A DNA stretch of 64,000 nt from an uncultured Ruminiclostridium sp. (GCA_905235805.1 CAJOMV010000084.1:5354-69353); one strand, 5' to 3'. Counted from the first letter of the stretch, positions 10,061-21,463 are shown. Notes: generated by a model from the sequence alone, not told the origin. Numbers and translations: made by a program.

Positions 10061-10097
10061 TGCCTGCACAGCCGCACAGCGGTTCAAGGGAAGAGAC

Positions 10098-11198
10098 TTA
10101 CTCTTCTTCTTCCTCTTCTTCGCTGTCGTTATCGCTGTTATACACGACCTTAAGGAGCTTATCGGCGAGGGCGGATATGAGGTTTTTATACTGGAGCTTC
10201 TCGACCCACTTCTTGGGGAAGCCCTGCACACCGAAATACGCGCCGAGGAGCGCAGCCGTCATGGAAGCGCAGGTATCGCTCGCGCCGTCGTGGTTTGCGG
10301 CGAGCTGGATAGCGTGTCTGGGGCTGTCGTAGTGCAGCACTGCGCAGTAAACCGCGATAGCGAGCGCCTCGTAAGCCTCGAAGCCGTACCCCATTTTCTT
10401 GATAGCATCCATAGGGGTGATCTCCTCATTTTTGGTAAGGTCGAGCGCGTACTGCATGGTCTTTTTGAGGACCTCGCCGTCCGCTACGCTGTCGAGCAGC
10501 TTTATGACCGTGTTGACCGCGTCCTCTATCTCCGCGCCGCTGACTATCTCCGCTACGAGCGCGGCATAGCAGCCTCCCGCGATATATCCGACAGGATTGC
10601 CGTGGGTGATAGCCGCTGCTCTGCAGCCCATGTCAAATGCCTTGCGGGTGTCATTGTAGAAGTACAGTCCGATAGGTGCCGAGCGCTTTACGGCGCCGTT
10701 GTCCTTGTTGTCGTTGAGCCTTCTCTCGGGAGTTCCGTAAGCCATATTGCGTATCTTGAGGAGGGCGTCTATGTTCTTTGTATCGGCGGTGCGCTTCTTG
10801 TAGAGCCCCTTCGCCTTCAGCAGACGGAGCTTGTAGGCATTCTGCACGGGGTCGAAAAGCCACGCGTACTCCTTGCCCGCTACGGTCTTTGTCTGTGTGT
10901 ACAGCCATACCTGATACGCGAGGAAGATATAGTCCTCGTAGTTCACCTGCCCGTCGTCGGCTCCCGCGCTGTGCGCCCAGAGAAGTCCGTCAGCCGTGAA
11001 CAGCGAGAGCTGCGTATCGTCTGTGAACAGCGCTGTGCCTGTCCTCTTGCTCACCGCAAGGTCAAGACACCCCGATTTCTCAAACCTTTCGCATATCGCT
11101 TCATAGTCCATAAGCTCGATGGGATAGCCGAAAGCGTCTCCTAACGCAAGTCCGAGCATTACGCCCTTGAAGCGGTCGTCGAGATATACTTCGCTCAT
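10098..11198 (-). CDS. ADP-ribosylglycohydrolase family protein
   Basis: GLALGDAFG, FTDDTQL, NGAVKRSAPIG, AITHG motifs. Confidence 0.9.
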   Translation of the reverse strand: MSEVYLDDRFKGVMLGLALGDAFGYPIELMDYEAICERFEKSGCLDLAVSKRTGTALFTDDTQLSLFTADGLLWAHSAGADDGQVNYEDYIFLAYQVWLYTQTKTVAGKEYAWLFDPVQNAYKLRLLKAKGLYKKRTADTKNIDALLKIRNMAYGTPERRLNDNKDNGAVKRSAPIGLYFYNDTRKAFDMGCRAAAITHGNPVGYIAGGCYAALVAEIVSGAEIEDAVNTVIKLLDSVADGEVLKKTMQYALDLTKNEEITPMDAIKKMGYGFEAYEALAIAVYCAVLHYDSPRHAIQLAANHDGASDTCASMTAALLGAYFGVQGFPKKWVEKLQYKNLISALADKLLKVVYNSDNDSEEEEEEE

Positions 11199-11201
11199 TG
11201 T

Positions 11202-12542
11202 TTATTCGTCCTTTCTTTTCTTGAGTCTCCTCATAGATTTTCTGTCATATACAGTCTTTGAGATGACCATTGTTTTCTGTGTCATATAGAGCCGCTCGAG
11301 GTAATCGTAGTAGATACCCGGCGACGCGATGCCGCTGATACACACTATGTCGGTGCCCGCCTTGCCGACGATGCTGTCGGTGAGGAGCACGCAGTTCGTG
11401 CTGAGAATGGAGTAGGTCTTGAACTTCCCCTCGGTGAACTTGAAGAATTTCGCGTGGGTGCCGTTCCAGAGCTCGCTGCAATAGTCGTGGCAGTCGCTCA
11501 GCTTTACATTCCCCGCGCCCTTCTGTTCGCAGGCTGCCTGATAGGGCGGCTGCCATGGCACAGCGCCGCTCTTGAGCTTTGCCACCTCCGCTCTCACCTC
11601 GGCAAGCTGCTCCTCCGACAGCCTCAGCCCGTAGGAGAATACTATCTGCCTGTCGTGGGTGACCGAGAACTCAAGGTAGGTCTCCTTGTCGGCGGTGAAC
11701 ATCACACCGTCCCCGAACACTCCGAAGAGCCTGTGGGAGGCGTGGTCGTGGTTGCCGTAGGAGATGACCTCGCCGTCTATGTACAGGTCGAGGTGTCCGA
11801 CCTTGCCGGAGCCGTTGTTAGAGACATGCACCATTATCTCCATATCGGGCGGCGAACCGTCGGAGCGGTCATCGCCCACGAAGCTGGGAGGCTCGTCGTT
11901 CAGGGAGATGTACTCGTTGACATACCGCAGTGTGCCGAGGGGCATGAAGGTGGAGATGAAGACGGGCGGGGAAATGCGGATATGCCGCTTCATATCGTTC
12001 TTTATCTTCTGCGGTACTATCAGCGTCACGAAATCGGAGAGCATCTCCGCCCCGAACAGAATGCAGTAAACTCCCGAGATTATCAGGAACATATCGTTCC
12101 GCAGTCCCTGCGTGAACAGCAGTATAACGAACACGAGGTAGAACAGGAACGCGATCAGGTCGAGGTAATGCCCCGGCTGCCTGTCGAGCTTAGCCACGAT
12201 GAAGTCCGCGAGCTTAGAAGCTCCGTTGAACAGCAGGTACGCCGCCAGCAGATACGCCGCCAGCATGAATGACAGCTCCGGCATGGTGGTTATCAGCACC
12301 GCCAGCCCTATGTTCACCAGCGCGGTGACGAGCTTTGCTTCCTTGCGCTTCTGCCCGAGCTTGCCGCCGTGGGCGATGAACTCGAACAGGTTTTTGGCGC
12401 CGTGAATGGCGAGCACCGCTCCCGCGAAGTACGCAAGCGGCGTCATCAGTATCTCCCGCTGTGACACTATTATTATCCCCAGCGTCAGCATCGCCGCTCC
12501 GAGCGCGAACAGCGCTGCCTTGTATACATAAACCTTGTACAT
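11202..12542 (-). CDS. DUF308-like membrane protein with C-terminal soluble domain
   Basis: About six N-terminal TM helices; C-terminal GHLDL...SYGN...YSILSTNC. Confidence 0.7.
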   Translation of the reverse strand: MYKVYVYKAALFALGAAMLTLGIIIVSQREILMTPLAYFAGAVLAIHGAKNLFEFIAHGGKLGQKRKEAKLVTALVNIGLAVLITTMPELSFMLAAYLLAAYLLFNGASKLADFIVAKLDRQPGHYLDLIAFLFYLVFVILLFTQGLRNDMFLIISGVYCILFGAEMLSDFVTLIVPQKIKNDMKRHIRISPPVFISTFMPLGTLRYVNEYISLNDEPPSFVGDDRSDGSPPDMEIMVHVSNNGSGKVGHLDLYIDGEVISYGNHDHASHRLFGVFGDGVMFTADKETYLEFSVTHDRQIVFSYGLRLSEEQLAEVRAEVAKLKSGAVPWQPPYQAACEQKGAGNVKLSDCHDYCSELWNGTHAKFFKFTEGKFKTYSILSTNCVLLTDSIVGKAGTDIVCISGIASPGIYYDYLERLYMTQKTMVISKTVYDRKSMRRLKKRKDE

Positions 12543-13025
12543 TTATTTGTGGTACTTTCTGTTGTTGATTATCGTAAACGCGCGGTATATCTGCTCCGCG
12601 AGCATTATCCTCGCGAGCCTGTGCGGAAACGTCATCTCCGACATGCTCAGCCGCAGATCGCCGCGCTTCTTCACCTCGTCAGCCAGCCCGTAGGAGCCGC
12701 CTATTATGAAGGTGAAGGTGTTTTTCCCCTCCGCGATGCCGTCCGAGAGTTTCTGCGCGAATTTCTCGCTCGGGAGCTGCTTCCCCTCCACGCACATCGG
12801 TATCACCATGCTGTCCGCGGGTATTTTTCGGAGGATCTTCTCCGCCTCCGCGGTGAGCGCCTTTTGTATCTCCGCGTCCGACGGGTCGTCGGGCAGGTAC
12901 GCAGCTTCTATCTCCTCCGTCGTCAGCCTGCAGAACCCCGAGAGCCGCTTTTCGTACTCCCCGTAAGCCTGTATCAGGAACTTCTCCTTGAGCTTCCCGA
13001 CAGCGATGATGCTGACGCTTACCAT
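12543..13025 (-). CDS. rlmH: 23S rRNA pseudouridine-1915 N3-methyltransferase
   Basis: IAVGKLKEK, FIIGGSYGL, SEMTFPH, EQIYRA...YHK motifs. Confidence 0.97.
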   Translation of the reverse strand: MVSVSIIAVGKLKEKFLIQAYGEYEKRLSGFCRLTTEEIEAAYLPDDPSDAEIQKALTAEAEKILRKIPADSMVIPMCVEGKQLPSEKFAQKLSDGIAEGKNTFTFIIGGSYGLADEVKKRGDLRLSMSEMTFPHRLARIMLAEQIYRAFTIINNRKYHK

Positions 13026-14488
13026 TTTTCGCTTATCTTTGCTTTTCTCGCTCTTCTCGCCTCGGCTCTCGCGATGCGCGCCTTCTGTATCGCGTTGAGC
13101 ACGATGTCAGCGATTATGAAAAGAGCGAGTACAGCCACACACAGCTTGAACCACCACTTTCCGAAGATGCTGTTTATCATTCTTGTGGTATATTCGTACT
13201 GCGAGAGCTCTATGCTCTGCGAGGCTATCAGATTGGTCGTCCACAGGCTCTCGCCGTCGAGCAGCAGCTCGAGGGTGCCCATTACCTGCCCCTTTTCGAT
13301 AGGAGCAACGACAGCGTCGTTCTCGTTCTTCTCCGCGGTAATGGTTATCTTCTGCTGTATCACCGAGGTATCGAGGTCCTTCGGCAGCAGGGTCGAGAAC
13401 GCTCCCGCGGGCTTGAGTATGGACACATCGGCGTTCTCGCCCATATCCACCTTGACGTTTGTGATGAAGGTGTTCTCGTTCATAACGGGAACTATATCGA
13501 AGGTGCGGAACGCCCACTTATACAGAGCTATCGAGTCCTTGAAGTGTCCGTTTAGGCGGTTGCCCTCCTCGTCGCGGTAGGGAGCTCCGCAGGTGACGAG
13601 CATATAGTTGAAGCCGTTCTGCGAGGCTACCGACACGATATTGGCGAAGCCCTCGTGATAGACCGTCCAGTTCCCGTCGCCGTCCTTTGTGTAGTAGTCG
13701 CCCATACTTCCGGTCTTGAGTCCCGTGGCGTATTCGTAGTAGTAGGGGTTGTTGCTGACGTTGTTTATCAGCGAATCGACGTTGTAGATGCCGTAGGGAG
13801 CGGCATTGTACTTGTTCGCGGGCATGATGTACTCGTATGTGTTCGACATCTCCACCAGCTCGGGGAACTTGTCGTAGTAGTATCTCGCTATCAGATAGAG
13901 GTCATAGGGTGTGGAGTAGTTGTCCTCCTGCCAGAGCCCGTGGGCGTTGCCGAAGTGGGTGTCTGTGCAGCCTATCTCCTTCGCCTTCTTGTTCATCATA
14001 GCGACGAAGTTCGGTATCCTCTCCGTCTCACCGCCCTTGCCGATGTTGTAGGCGATTATGTTAGCAGCCTCGCACGCCGATTTTATCAGCAGAGCGTGCA
14101 GGCAGTCGTCCATGGTGAGGTCGGTCTGCCCGACAGCGATATCCGCGGTACCGGCACCCTGCTTGTTCGGGTCGTCTCCCCAGAACTCATTCGTGCACTC
14201 CCACGACGTGTCCATGTGCATCTCGAGGTCGGAGCAGTTCTCATACGCGACGATCGCAGTCATCAGCTTTGTGATCGACGCGGGGTAGCATCTTTCATTC
14301 TCGTTTTTCTTGGCAATGACCGTTTCGAGGTCGAGGTTTATCATGTAATACGCTTCACTGTACAGATCGACGTCGGGAGTGAATGCCGCCGAAGCCTTGA
14401 CGGCGCCTATTCCTCCGTATCCGCCGCCTATCAGTGAAATAACTAACAGAAACGACACAAAAATATGACGAATTTTTCTGTTTCGCAT
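13019..14488 (-). CDS. D-alanyl-D-alanine carboxypeptidase (peptidase S11)
   Basis: Signal peptide, PASITKLMT (SxxK), FGNAHGL, KTG, C-terminal TM anchor. Confidence 0.9.
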   Translation of the reverse strand: MRNRKIRHIFVSFLLVISLIGGGYGGIGAVKASAAFTPDVDLYSEAYYMINLDLETVIAKKNENERCYPASITKLMTAIVAYENCSDLEMHMDTSWECTNEFWGDDPNKQGAGTADIAVGQTDLTMDDCLHALLIKSACEAANIIAYNIGKGGETERIPNFVAMMNKKAKEIGCTDTHFGNAHGLWQEDNYSTPYDLYLIARYYYDKFPELVEMSNTYEYIMPANKYNAAPYGIYNVDSLINNVSNNPYYYEYATGLKTGSMGDYYTKDGDGNWTVYHEGFANIVSVASQNGFNYMLVTCGAPYRDEEGNRLNGHFKDSIALYKWAFRTFDIVPVMNENTFITNVKVDMGENADVSILKPAGAFSTLLPKDLDTSVIQQKITITAEKNENDAVVAPIEKGQVMGTLELLLDGESLWTTNLIASQSIELSQYEYTTRMINSIFGKWWFKLCVAVLALFIIADIVLNAIQKARIARAEARRARKAKISEKW

Positions 14489-14670
14489 ATTTACAAAACC
14501 ACCTTTTTGTTATATAATATTAGACAGAAAGAGCATTTATATCATCGTAAGAATATATAATACATTATTATAACATATTTTTCCGAAAAATAAAAGCCCT
14601 TTTTCAAATAATTTGACGATTTTTTGAAAAAACTTTTCAAAAGGGCTTGCAAAAGGCAAGGTAAAGCGTT

Positions 14671-15351
14671 ATGATACTGATAACGGGAGATGTCCACGGC
14701 GACATCGGAAGGTTTTCCGACAAGCGGCTCCGAAAGCTGAAAAAAGGGGATACGCTGATAGTATGCGGCGACCTCGGGCTGATATGGAACGGCTCCGACA
14801 GAGAAAAACGGCTTCTGAAGAAGCTCGGGAAGCGCAAATACGACATTCTGTTCGTTGAGGGAGCGCACGAGAACTTCGACGAGCTGGAAAAGTATGATAC
14901 CGAGGAATGGCACGGCGGGCTGACCCGTCCCATAAGCGGCAATCTCCGTCACCTTATCCGCGGGTATGTGTATGATATCGGCGGGAAGAGGGTGTTCGCT
15001 TTCGGCGGAGGCTCCGGGGAGTACAACGGCGGGAAGGCGCCCTGCTCCGAGGAAGCCGCGGTGCGGTATGAGCTGCCGGGTGAGGAGGAGCTCTCGGCTG
15101 CCGACGCGCGTCTCGCGGAGGTCGGGAACGAGGTGGACTACATCGTGTCCTACGAGCCGCCCGTCACTATAGCGGAATTCCTGAACGAGAAGGTTTCCGC
15201 GACCGACACCGTGGGCGTCTATCTTGACCGCAAGCGCGGCGAGGTGAAGTACCGTCTCTGGTTCTTCGGCAAGCACCACACCAACAAGCCCGTTCCTCCC
15301 AAGTTCATGGCTCTCTTTGACAAAATAGTGGACGCGGAGACGCTGAAATAA
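14671..15351 (+). CDS. Calcineurin-like metallophosphoesterase (degenerate motifs)
   Basis: ITGDVHG and CGDLG present; later motifs read GAHEN, SYEPP, FGKHH. Confidence 0.8.
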   Translation: MILITGDVHGDIGRFSDKRLRKLKKGDTLIVCGDLGLIWNGSDREKRLLKKLGKRKYDILFVEGAHENFDELEKYDTEEWHGGLTRPISGNLRHLIRGYVYDIGGKRVFAFGGGSGEYNGGKAPCSEEAAVRYELPGEEELSAADARLAEVGNEVDYIVSYEPPVTIAEFLNEKVSATDTVGVYLDRKRGEVKYRLWFFGKHHTNKPVPPKFMALFDKIVDAETLK

Positions 15352-15414
15352 ATCTGTTCATATATCCGCATAAAGCGGAACAAATGATATACACAAACGA
15401 AAGGAAACAAGACA

Positions 15415-15651
15415 ATGGCAGAGATCAAATTTGAGATCGTGAAGGAGCTCGGAGTGATATCCGAAGGAGCAAGAGGCTGGACGAGGGAGCTCAACCTCGT
15501 GAGCTGGAACGAAAACCCCGCAAAGTTCGACATACGCGACTGGTCACCCGACCACTCGAGAATGAGCAAGGGTATTTCCATGACGGAGGAGGAAATGGAG
15601 AAGCTCGTTGAGCTCTTCAATACCCGCGACGAGGAGGACAGCTTCGAATAA
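15415..15651 (+). CDS. YdbC/PC4-family ssDNA-binding protein
   Basis: GWTRELNLVSWN...KFDIRDWSPDH..MSKG signature. Confidence 0.9.
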   Translation: MAEIKFEIVKELGVISEGARGWTRELNLVSWNENPAKFDIRDWSPDHSRMSKGISMTEEEMEKLVELFNTRDEEDSFE

Positions 15652-15684
15652 TGCTGTTCACGCCCTTTCCGAAAGGAGAACAAA

Positions 15685-15945
15685 ATGCCAAATAAAATGA
15701 AAGCCGCGGCAGCGTTTGTCTGCGGTATGCTCGGCATCCTGACCGCGTATATCGACGCCTGGTTCTGGTTTGCGCTCGCTGTCGGCATAGTCGGCATTAT
15801 ATTCGGCGTCATTGTGCTGAAAAGCGACGAGCCCTCCTTCGGGAAGGGCATGGCGGTCGCCGGCACCGTCGGCTGCGCATTCTCGGTATGCGTCGGCATA
15901 GGCAGCATTCTGGGGTACATTGCCGCGTATTACGCTGTATATTAA
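15685..15945 (+). CDS. Small membrane protein
   Basis: 86 aa hydrophobic ORF with GAAAGGAG SD. Confidence 0.65.
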   Translation: MPNKMKAAAAFVCGMLGILTAYIDAWFWFALAVGIVGIIFGVIVLKSDEPSFGKGMAVAGTVGCAFSVCVGIGSILGYIAAYYAVY

Positions 15946-15984
15946 AAATAACCCGTCATTTCCACGGAAATGACGGGTTATTTT

Positions 15985-15986
<2 letters not shown>
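15944..15986. terminator. Bidirectional intrinsic terminator
   Basis: aaaaataacccgtcatttcc-ac-ggaaatgacgggttattttt inverted repeat between convergent genes. Confidence 0.85.
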
Positions 15987-17241
<1,255 letters not shown>

Positions 17242-17526
17242 ATTGTTGTATGCTCCTCTCTTATAATTCAAAAATTACCGACTACTATAATATCACAATG
17301 TCTCCGGTTTGTCAAGTCTCCGCTAACCGCAACATATTGTACTTTCGGATCAACTCCGCAACAAGATATGCTGTTGACGTATATGTGGAAAAATCACCAA
17401 AACCTATATGAACAGTTTGTGAAAAAGGGAGAAAATTAACAAATATACGGAAAGGGGTTAAAAAAAGAACATTTTTGTGTTATAATATAGTATGAGTATG
17501 CAGTTTTAAGAAAGTGAGGTGAGGAC

Positions 17527-19476
17527 ATGGACCGGATATTCTATCTCGATATGGTCGCGGTGCCGATATACGCGATCATACTGTACGCCACATTCGTCCG
17601 CAAGATGATAACGGGTCCGTCGAACCGTGCCTTCACCGCGCTTCTCGTAGTATCGCTGGTGACGGCAGTCTGCGACCTGATGACCGGCATGGCGAGCGCG
17701 AACGCCCCCATGAGCGACTACGAGGTGGGGCTGGTGTTCATCGCGAGCACGGTCTATTACCTGTTCCACATACTTGTGCCGATAATGTACCTGATGTTCC
17801 TGTTCGCGGAGACGAGAATGGGATATCAGATGACCCGCAAAAGCAAGCTGATAATAATATTCGCCCCCTATGCCGCATCTGTGGTGCTGCTGATAGTGAA
17901 CTGCTTCAACGGAGTGGTGTTCACCGTGACTAACGAGGAGGGCTACCGCCGGGGTCCCGGAGTGTATGTGTTCTACACGCTCGCGGCGATGTACGCGCTG
18001 TGGGGAGTCACATACCTTGCCCGCAGGCGGAAGATGTTCTCCTTCGCGAAGTGGCTCTCCCTCGGCAGCATGTATGTAATGAACGCGGCGGCGGTGATAA
18101 TACAGATGCTGTTCCCGAGACTGCTGATAGAGATGATAATGACGGCGCTTGCGGAGCTGTACGTCGTGCTGCTGGTAATGCGCCCCGAGGACTATATGGA
18201 CTACGGGACGGGGCTGCCTAATTTCCGCGCCTACAAGAACGAGCTGCTCAAGGTCACCTCCACCGATACCCGCGGAACTATCGTCGTCCTTCGTTTCATA
18301 AACGCCCGCCAGATGCAGCGTTATCTCGGCGACAGGCGCTATTTCAAGTTCATACGCAGCGCCGCCGAAAATCTGAAGGGGATCTGCGATAAATACGACC
18401 TCGAGGCTGACATCTACTATGAGCAGCCCGGACGTATCTACATTCTCTCCGACAACTATCGCTTCGACTTCGAGAAGGGAGTGCGCGAGCTCTACGCCGA
18501 GGTCATCGGTGACATTCAGGAAATAGAGAGCCTCGGCACCAAGGTAATACCGCGCTTCTGCGAGATACGATATCCCGATGATATACGCGACGCAGAGACT
18601 ATCATCAACATAGGACGGCAGTTCCACCGCATTATCCCCTTCGACCAGTTCTACACCCACGCGAAGGAGATCATCGAGTCTCCCACCTTCCGCATCAAGA
18701 ACAATATGGACCTTATCCTCAACCGCGCTATCTCAAACAAGAAGTTCGAGATGTACTACCAGCCGATATATTCGGTGAAGGAGAAGCGTTTTGTGTCAGC
18801 GGAGGCTCTTATCCGACTGAAGGACGAGGAGTTCGGGTTCATCTCTCCCGCGGAGTTCATTCCCGCTGCCGAGCGGCGAGGGCTTATGGTGGCTATCGGG
18901 GACTTTGTGCTGGAGTCGGTGTTCCGCTTCATCAGCGAGACGGATTTCCGCGGTCTCGGGTTGGAGTATGTGGAGCTCAACCTCTCGGTCGCGCAGTGCG
19001 TGCAGGGCGACCTTGCCGACAAGATCTTCGCGCTCGAGAAGAAGTACCACGTCAACCCCGCGAGAGTGAATCTCGAGATCACCGAGACCACCTATGAGAA
19101 CATAGGCAGTACTACCGACACGAATATCCGTGTCCTCTCGGAGAACGGCTTCAGCTTCTCCCTTGATGACTACGGAACGGGCTACTCGAATATGCAGCGC
19201 ATTTCGCGCCTCCCGCTCAAGATAATCAAGATAGACAAGACCCTTGTCGATGATATGGAGAACCGCTCGGGAATGTCCGTCATGCGCAATACCGTCAGCA
19301 TGATGAAGGACATCAACAAGGAGATAGTCTGCGAGGGCGTTGAGACCGCGGAGCAGCTCGAGACGCTCTCGGGGCTGGGCGTGGACTTCATTCAGGGCTA
19401 CTATTTCTCAAAGCCTCTCCCCGCGGAGAGTTTTGTGTCGTTCATAAAAGAAAAGAATTCGGAACAGACAGCGTAA
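17527..19476 (+). CDS. Membrane-bound EAL-domain c-di-GMP phosphodiesterase with degenerate GGDEF
   Basis: About seven N-terminal TMs; YYQPIY, EALIRL, EITE, DDYGTGYS, EGVE, QGYYFSKP. Confidence 0.9.
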   Translation: MDRIFYLDMVAVPIYAIILYATFVRKMITGPSNRAFTALLVVSLVTAVCDLMTGMASANAPMSDYEVGLVFIASTVYYLFHILVPIMYLMFLFAETRMGYQMTRKSKLIIIFAPYAASVVLLIVNCFNGVVFTVTNEEGYRRGPGVYVFYTLAAMYALWGVTYLARRRKMFSFAKWLSLGSMYVMNAAAVIIQMLFPRLLIEMIMTALAELYVVLLVMRPEDYMDYGTGLPNFRAYKNELLKVTSTDTRGTIVVLRFINARQMQRYLGDRRYFKFIRSAAENLKGICDKYDLEADIYYEQPGRIYILSDNYRFDFEKGVRELYAEVIGDIQEIESLGTKVIPRFCEIRYPDDIRDAETIINIGRQFHRIIPFDQFYTHAKEIIESPTFRIKNNMDLILNRAISNKKFEMYYQPIYSVKEKRFVSAEALIRLKDEEFGFISPAEFIPAAERRGLMVAIGDFVLESVFRFISETDFRGLGLEYVELNLSVAQCVQGDLADKIFALEKKYHVNPARVNLEITETTYENIGSTTDTNIRVLSENGFSFSLDDYGTGYSNMQRISRLPLKIIKIDKTLVDDMENRSGMSVMRNTVSMMKDINKEIVCEGVETAEQLETLSGLGVDFIQGYYFSKPLPAESFVSFIKEKNSEQTA

Positions 19477-19504
19477 TAAATTAAGTTTTTTAAAAAAGGT
19501 GGTG

Positions 19505-21460
19505 ATGACCGTGCAGACAGTGCTGTATTTTGACATCTGTGCTCTGCCCATATTTCTGATAATACTTCTCACGGTCGTTATCCGCAAGATGACACAGGGG
19601 ATAACGAACAGACTGTTCATCATGCTGCTGGTGCTGTCGGCGGTGACGACGGTATCGGACCTTGCAATGGAGCTGATATGCCGTCATCTGCCGATAGACG
19701 GGTGGGGCGTGTTCGGGGCTTCCGTGGCTATGTATTTCTACTTCCTGACGCAGACGCTGGCGATACTGGTGTATTACTTCTTCGCGTTCGCTGTGACGGG
19801 AACGTGGTACAGGGTGCGCTCGCTGAAAAAACAGCTTATTGTGGCAGCCCCTTACGGTATCATCGCGCTGCTGCTCCTCTCGAATCCATTCACCGGGGCT
19901 GTGTTCACGGTGACGGCGGAGGACGGCTACAGCAGAGGCTCGATGATATGGATAGTATACGCGATCACCATGCTGTACGCTATCGTCGCGACAGCGTACT
20001 TCTTCTCGAACAAGCGGTACATGACGCTTGAGAAGCTTGTGTCGCTGGTATCGCTGTCGGTGCTGATAGTGGGATCGGTGGTATTCCAGTACTTCTACCC
20101 GCAGTTTCTTGTGGAAATGGCGGCGACAGCGTTCGCGTTCATACTGATAATACTGTTCGTGCTGCGCCCGGAGGAGCGCACTGACGCGTCTGTGGGGTCT
20201 CTTAGCGTGGGGGCGTACCGTGCCGACCTGCGGAAGATACTGGAGATGAAAAGGCACGTTCAGATAGCGGCGGTGAGCTTCATCAATGCCCGTCAGCTTT
20301 ACAACTACCTCGGCGAGGAGAACTACACGGCGTATATCTCGAGCATAATCAGGCAGCTCGATACGCTGTTCACCCGTGAGAGGGTGTATTTTGACATTTA
20401 TTTCGAGGCCCCGGGGAACATCTATGTCATAATCGAGGACATGAATTACGACGTGGGGGACTGCGTGAAGCGTATGTATGCTGACATAGCCCGCCGCTCG
20501 GAGAAGGAGGTCACCTCGGGTGAGCGGCTTATACCGAGGGTATGCTGCATATCCGTGCCCGATGATCTGAACGACTTCGACGAGCTGATACGTCTGGGGC
20601 AGGAATTCAGCGCGCAGATACCCGAGGGCAGTCTGTACAACAAGGCTTCGGATATTATAGCCTCCCGCGATTACGGCATCATGAGCCACATGGATCAGAT
20701 ACTCAACCGAGCCATAGCGGAGAAGAAGTTCCGCATGTACTATCAGCCTATCTACTCCTTCGAGCGAGGGAGGTTCGTGTCAGCGGAGGCTCTTATCCGC
20801 CTGACGGACGAGGATTACGGCTTTATTTCCCCCGCGCTTTTCATTCCCGCCGCGGAGCGCAAGGGCGTTATACTCCCGATAGGGGATTTCGTGCTCGAGG
20901 ACGTGCACAGATTCATTTCGGAGAATGACTTCTCCGAGCTGGGACTGGAGTATATCGAGATAAACCTGTCGGTAGCGCAGTGCCTGCAGGAGGAGCTTCC
21001 CGAGAAGCTTGCGGTGCTCGGAGACAAGTACGGTGTCACCCCGGACAAGGTCAACCTCGAGATCACCGAGACCACGAGCGCCGAGATCGGCACAGGCATC
21101 ATGGAGACCAATCTCGAGATGCTCTCGGCAATGGGCTACACCTTCTCGCTGGACGATTTCGGAACAGGCTACTCGAATATGCAGCGTGTCTCACGGCTGC
21201 CGCTCAAGATGATAAAGCTCGACAAGAGCCTTGTGGACGATATGGAGTCGGAGGACGGGCTGTCTATCATGCGCAACACGGTCAAGATGATGCGTGATAT
21301 CGACAAGGAGCTCGTTGCCGAGGGTGTCGAGACAAAGGAGCATCTCGATACACTCGAGGAGTTCGGCTGCCACTTCATTCAGGGGTACTATTTCTCGAAG
21401 CCCTTGCCGGAAGAGGAGTTCGTGGAGTTTTTGAAGAAGCATAACAAAGTAAGTGCATAA
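19505..21460 (+). CDS. Membrane-bound EAL-domain phosphodiesterase, tandem paralog
   Basis: Same architecture; EALIRL, DDFGTGYS, QGYYFSKP; start uncertain by a few codons. Confidence 0.9.
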   Translation: MTVQTVLYFDICALPIFLIILLTVVIRKMTQGITNRLFIMLLVLSAVTTVSDLAMELICRHLPIDGWGVFGASVAMYFYFLTQTLAILVYYFFAFAVTGTWYRVRSLKKQLIVAAPYGIIALLLLSNPFTGAVFTVTAEDGYSRGSMIWIVYAITMLYAIVATAYFFSNKRYMTLEKLVSLVSLSVLIVGSVVFQYFYPQFLVEMAATAFAFILIILFVLRPEERTDASVGSLSVGAYRADLRKILEMKRHVQIAAVSFINARQLYNYLGEENYTAYISSIIRQLDTLFTRERVYFDIYFEAPGNIYVIIEDMNYDVGDCVKRMYADIARRSEKEVTSGERLIPRVCCISVPDDLNDFDELIRLGQEFSAQIPEGSLYNKASDIIASRDYGIMSHMDQILNRAIAEKKFRMYYQPIYSFERGRFVSAEALIRLTDEDYGFISPALFIPAAERKGVILPIGDFVLEDVHRFISENDFSELGLEYIEINLSVAQCLQEELPEKLAVLGDKYGVTPDKVNLEITETTSAEIGTGIMETNLEMLSAMGYTFSLDDFGTGYSNMQRVSRLPLKMIKLDKSLVDDMESEDGLSIMRNTVKMMRDIDKELVAEGVETKEHLDTLEEFGCHFIQGYYFSKPLPEEEFVEFLKKHNKVSA

Positions 21461-21463
21461 ATG

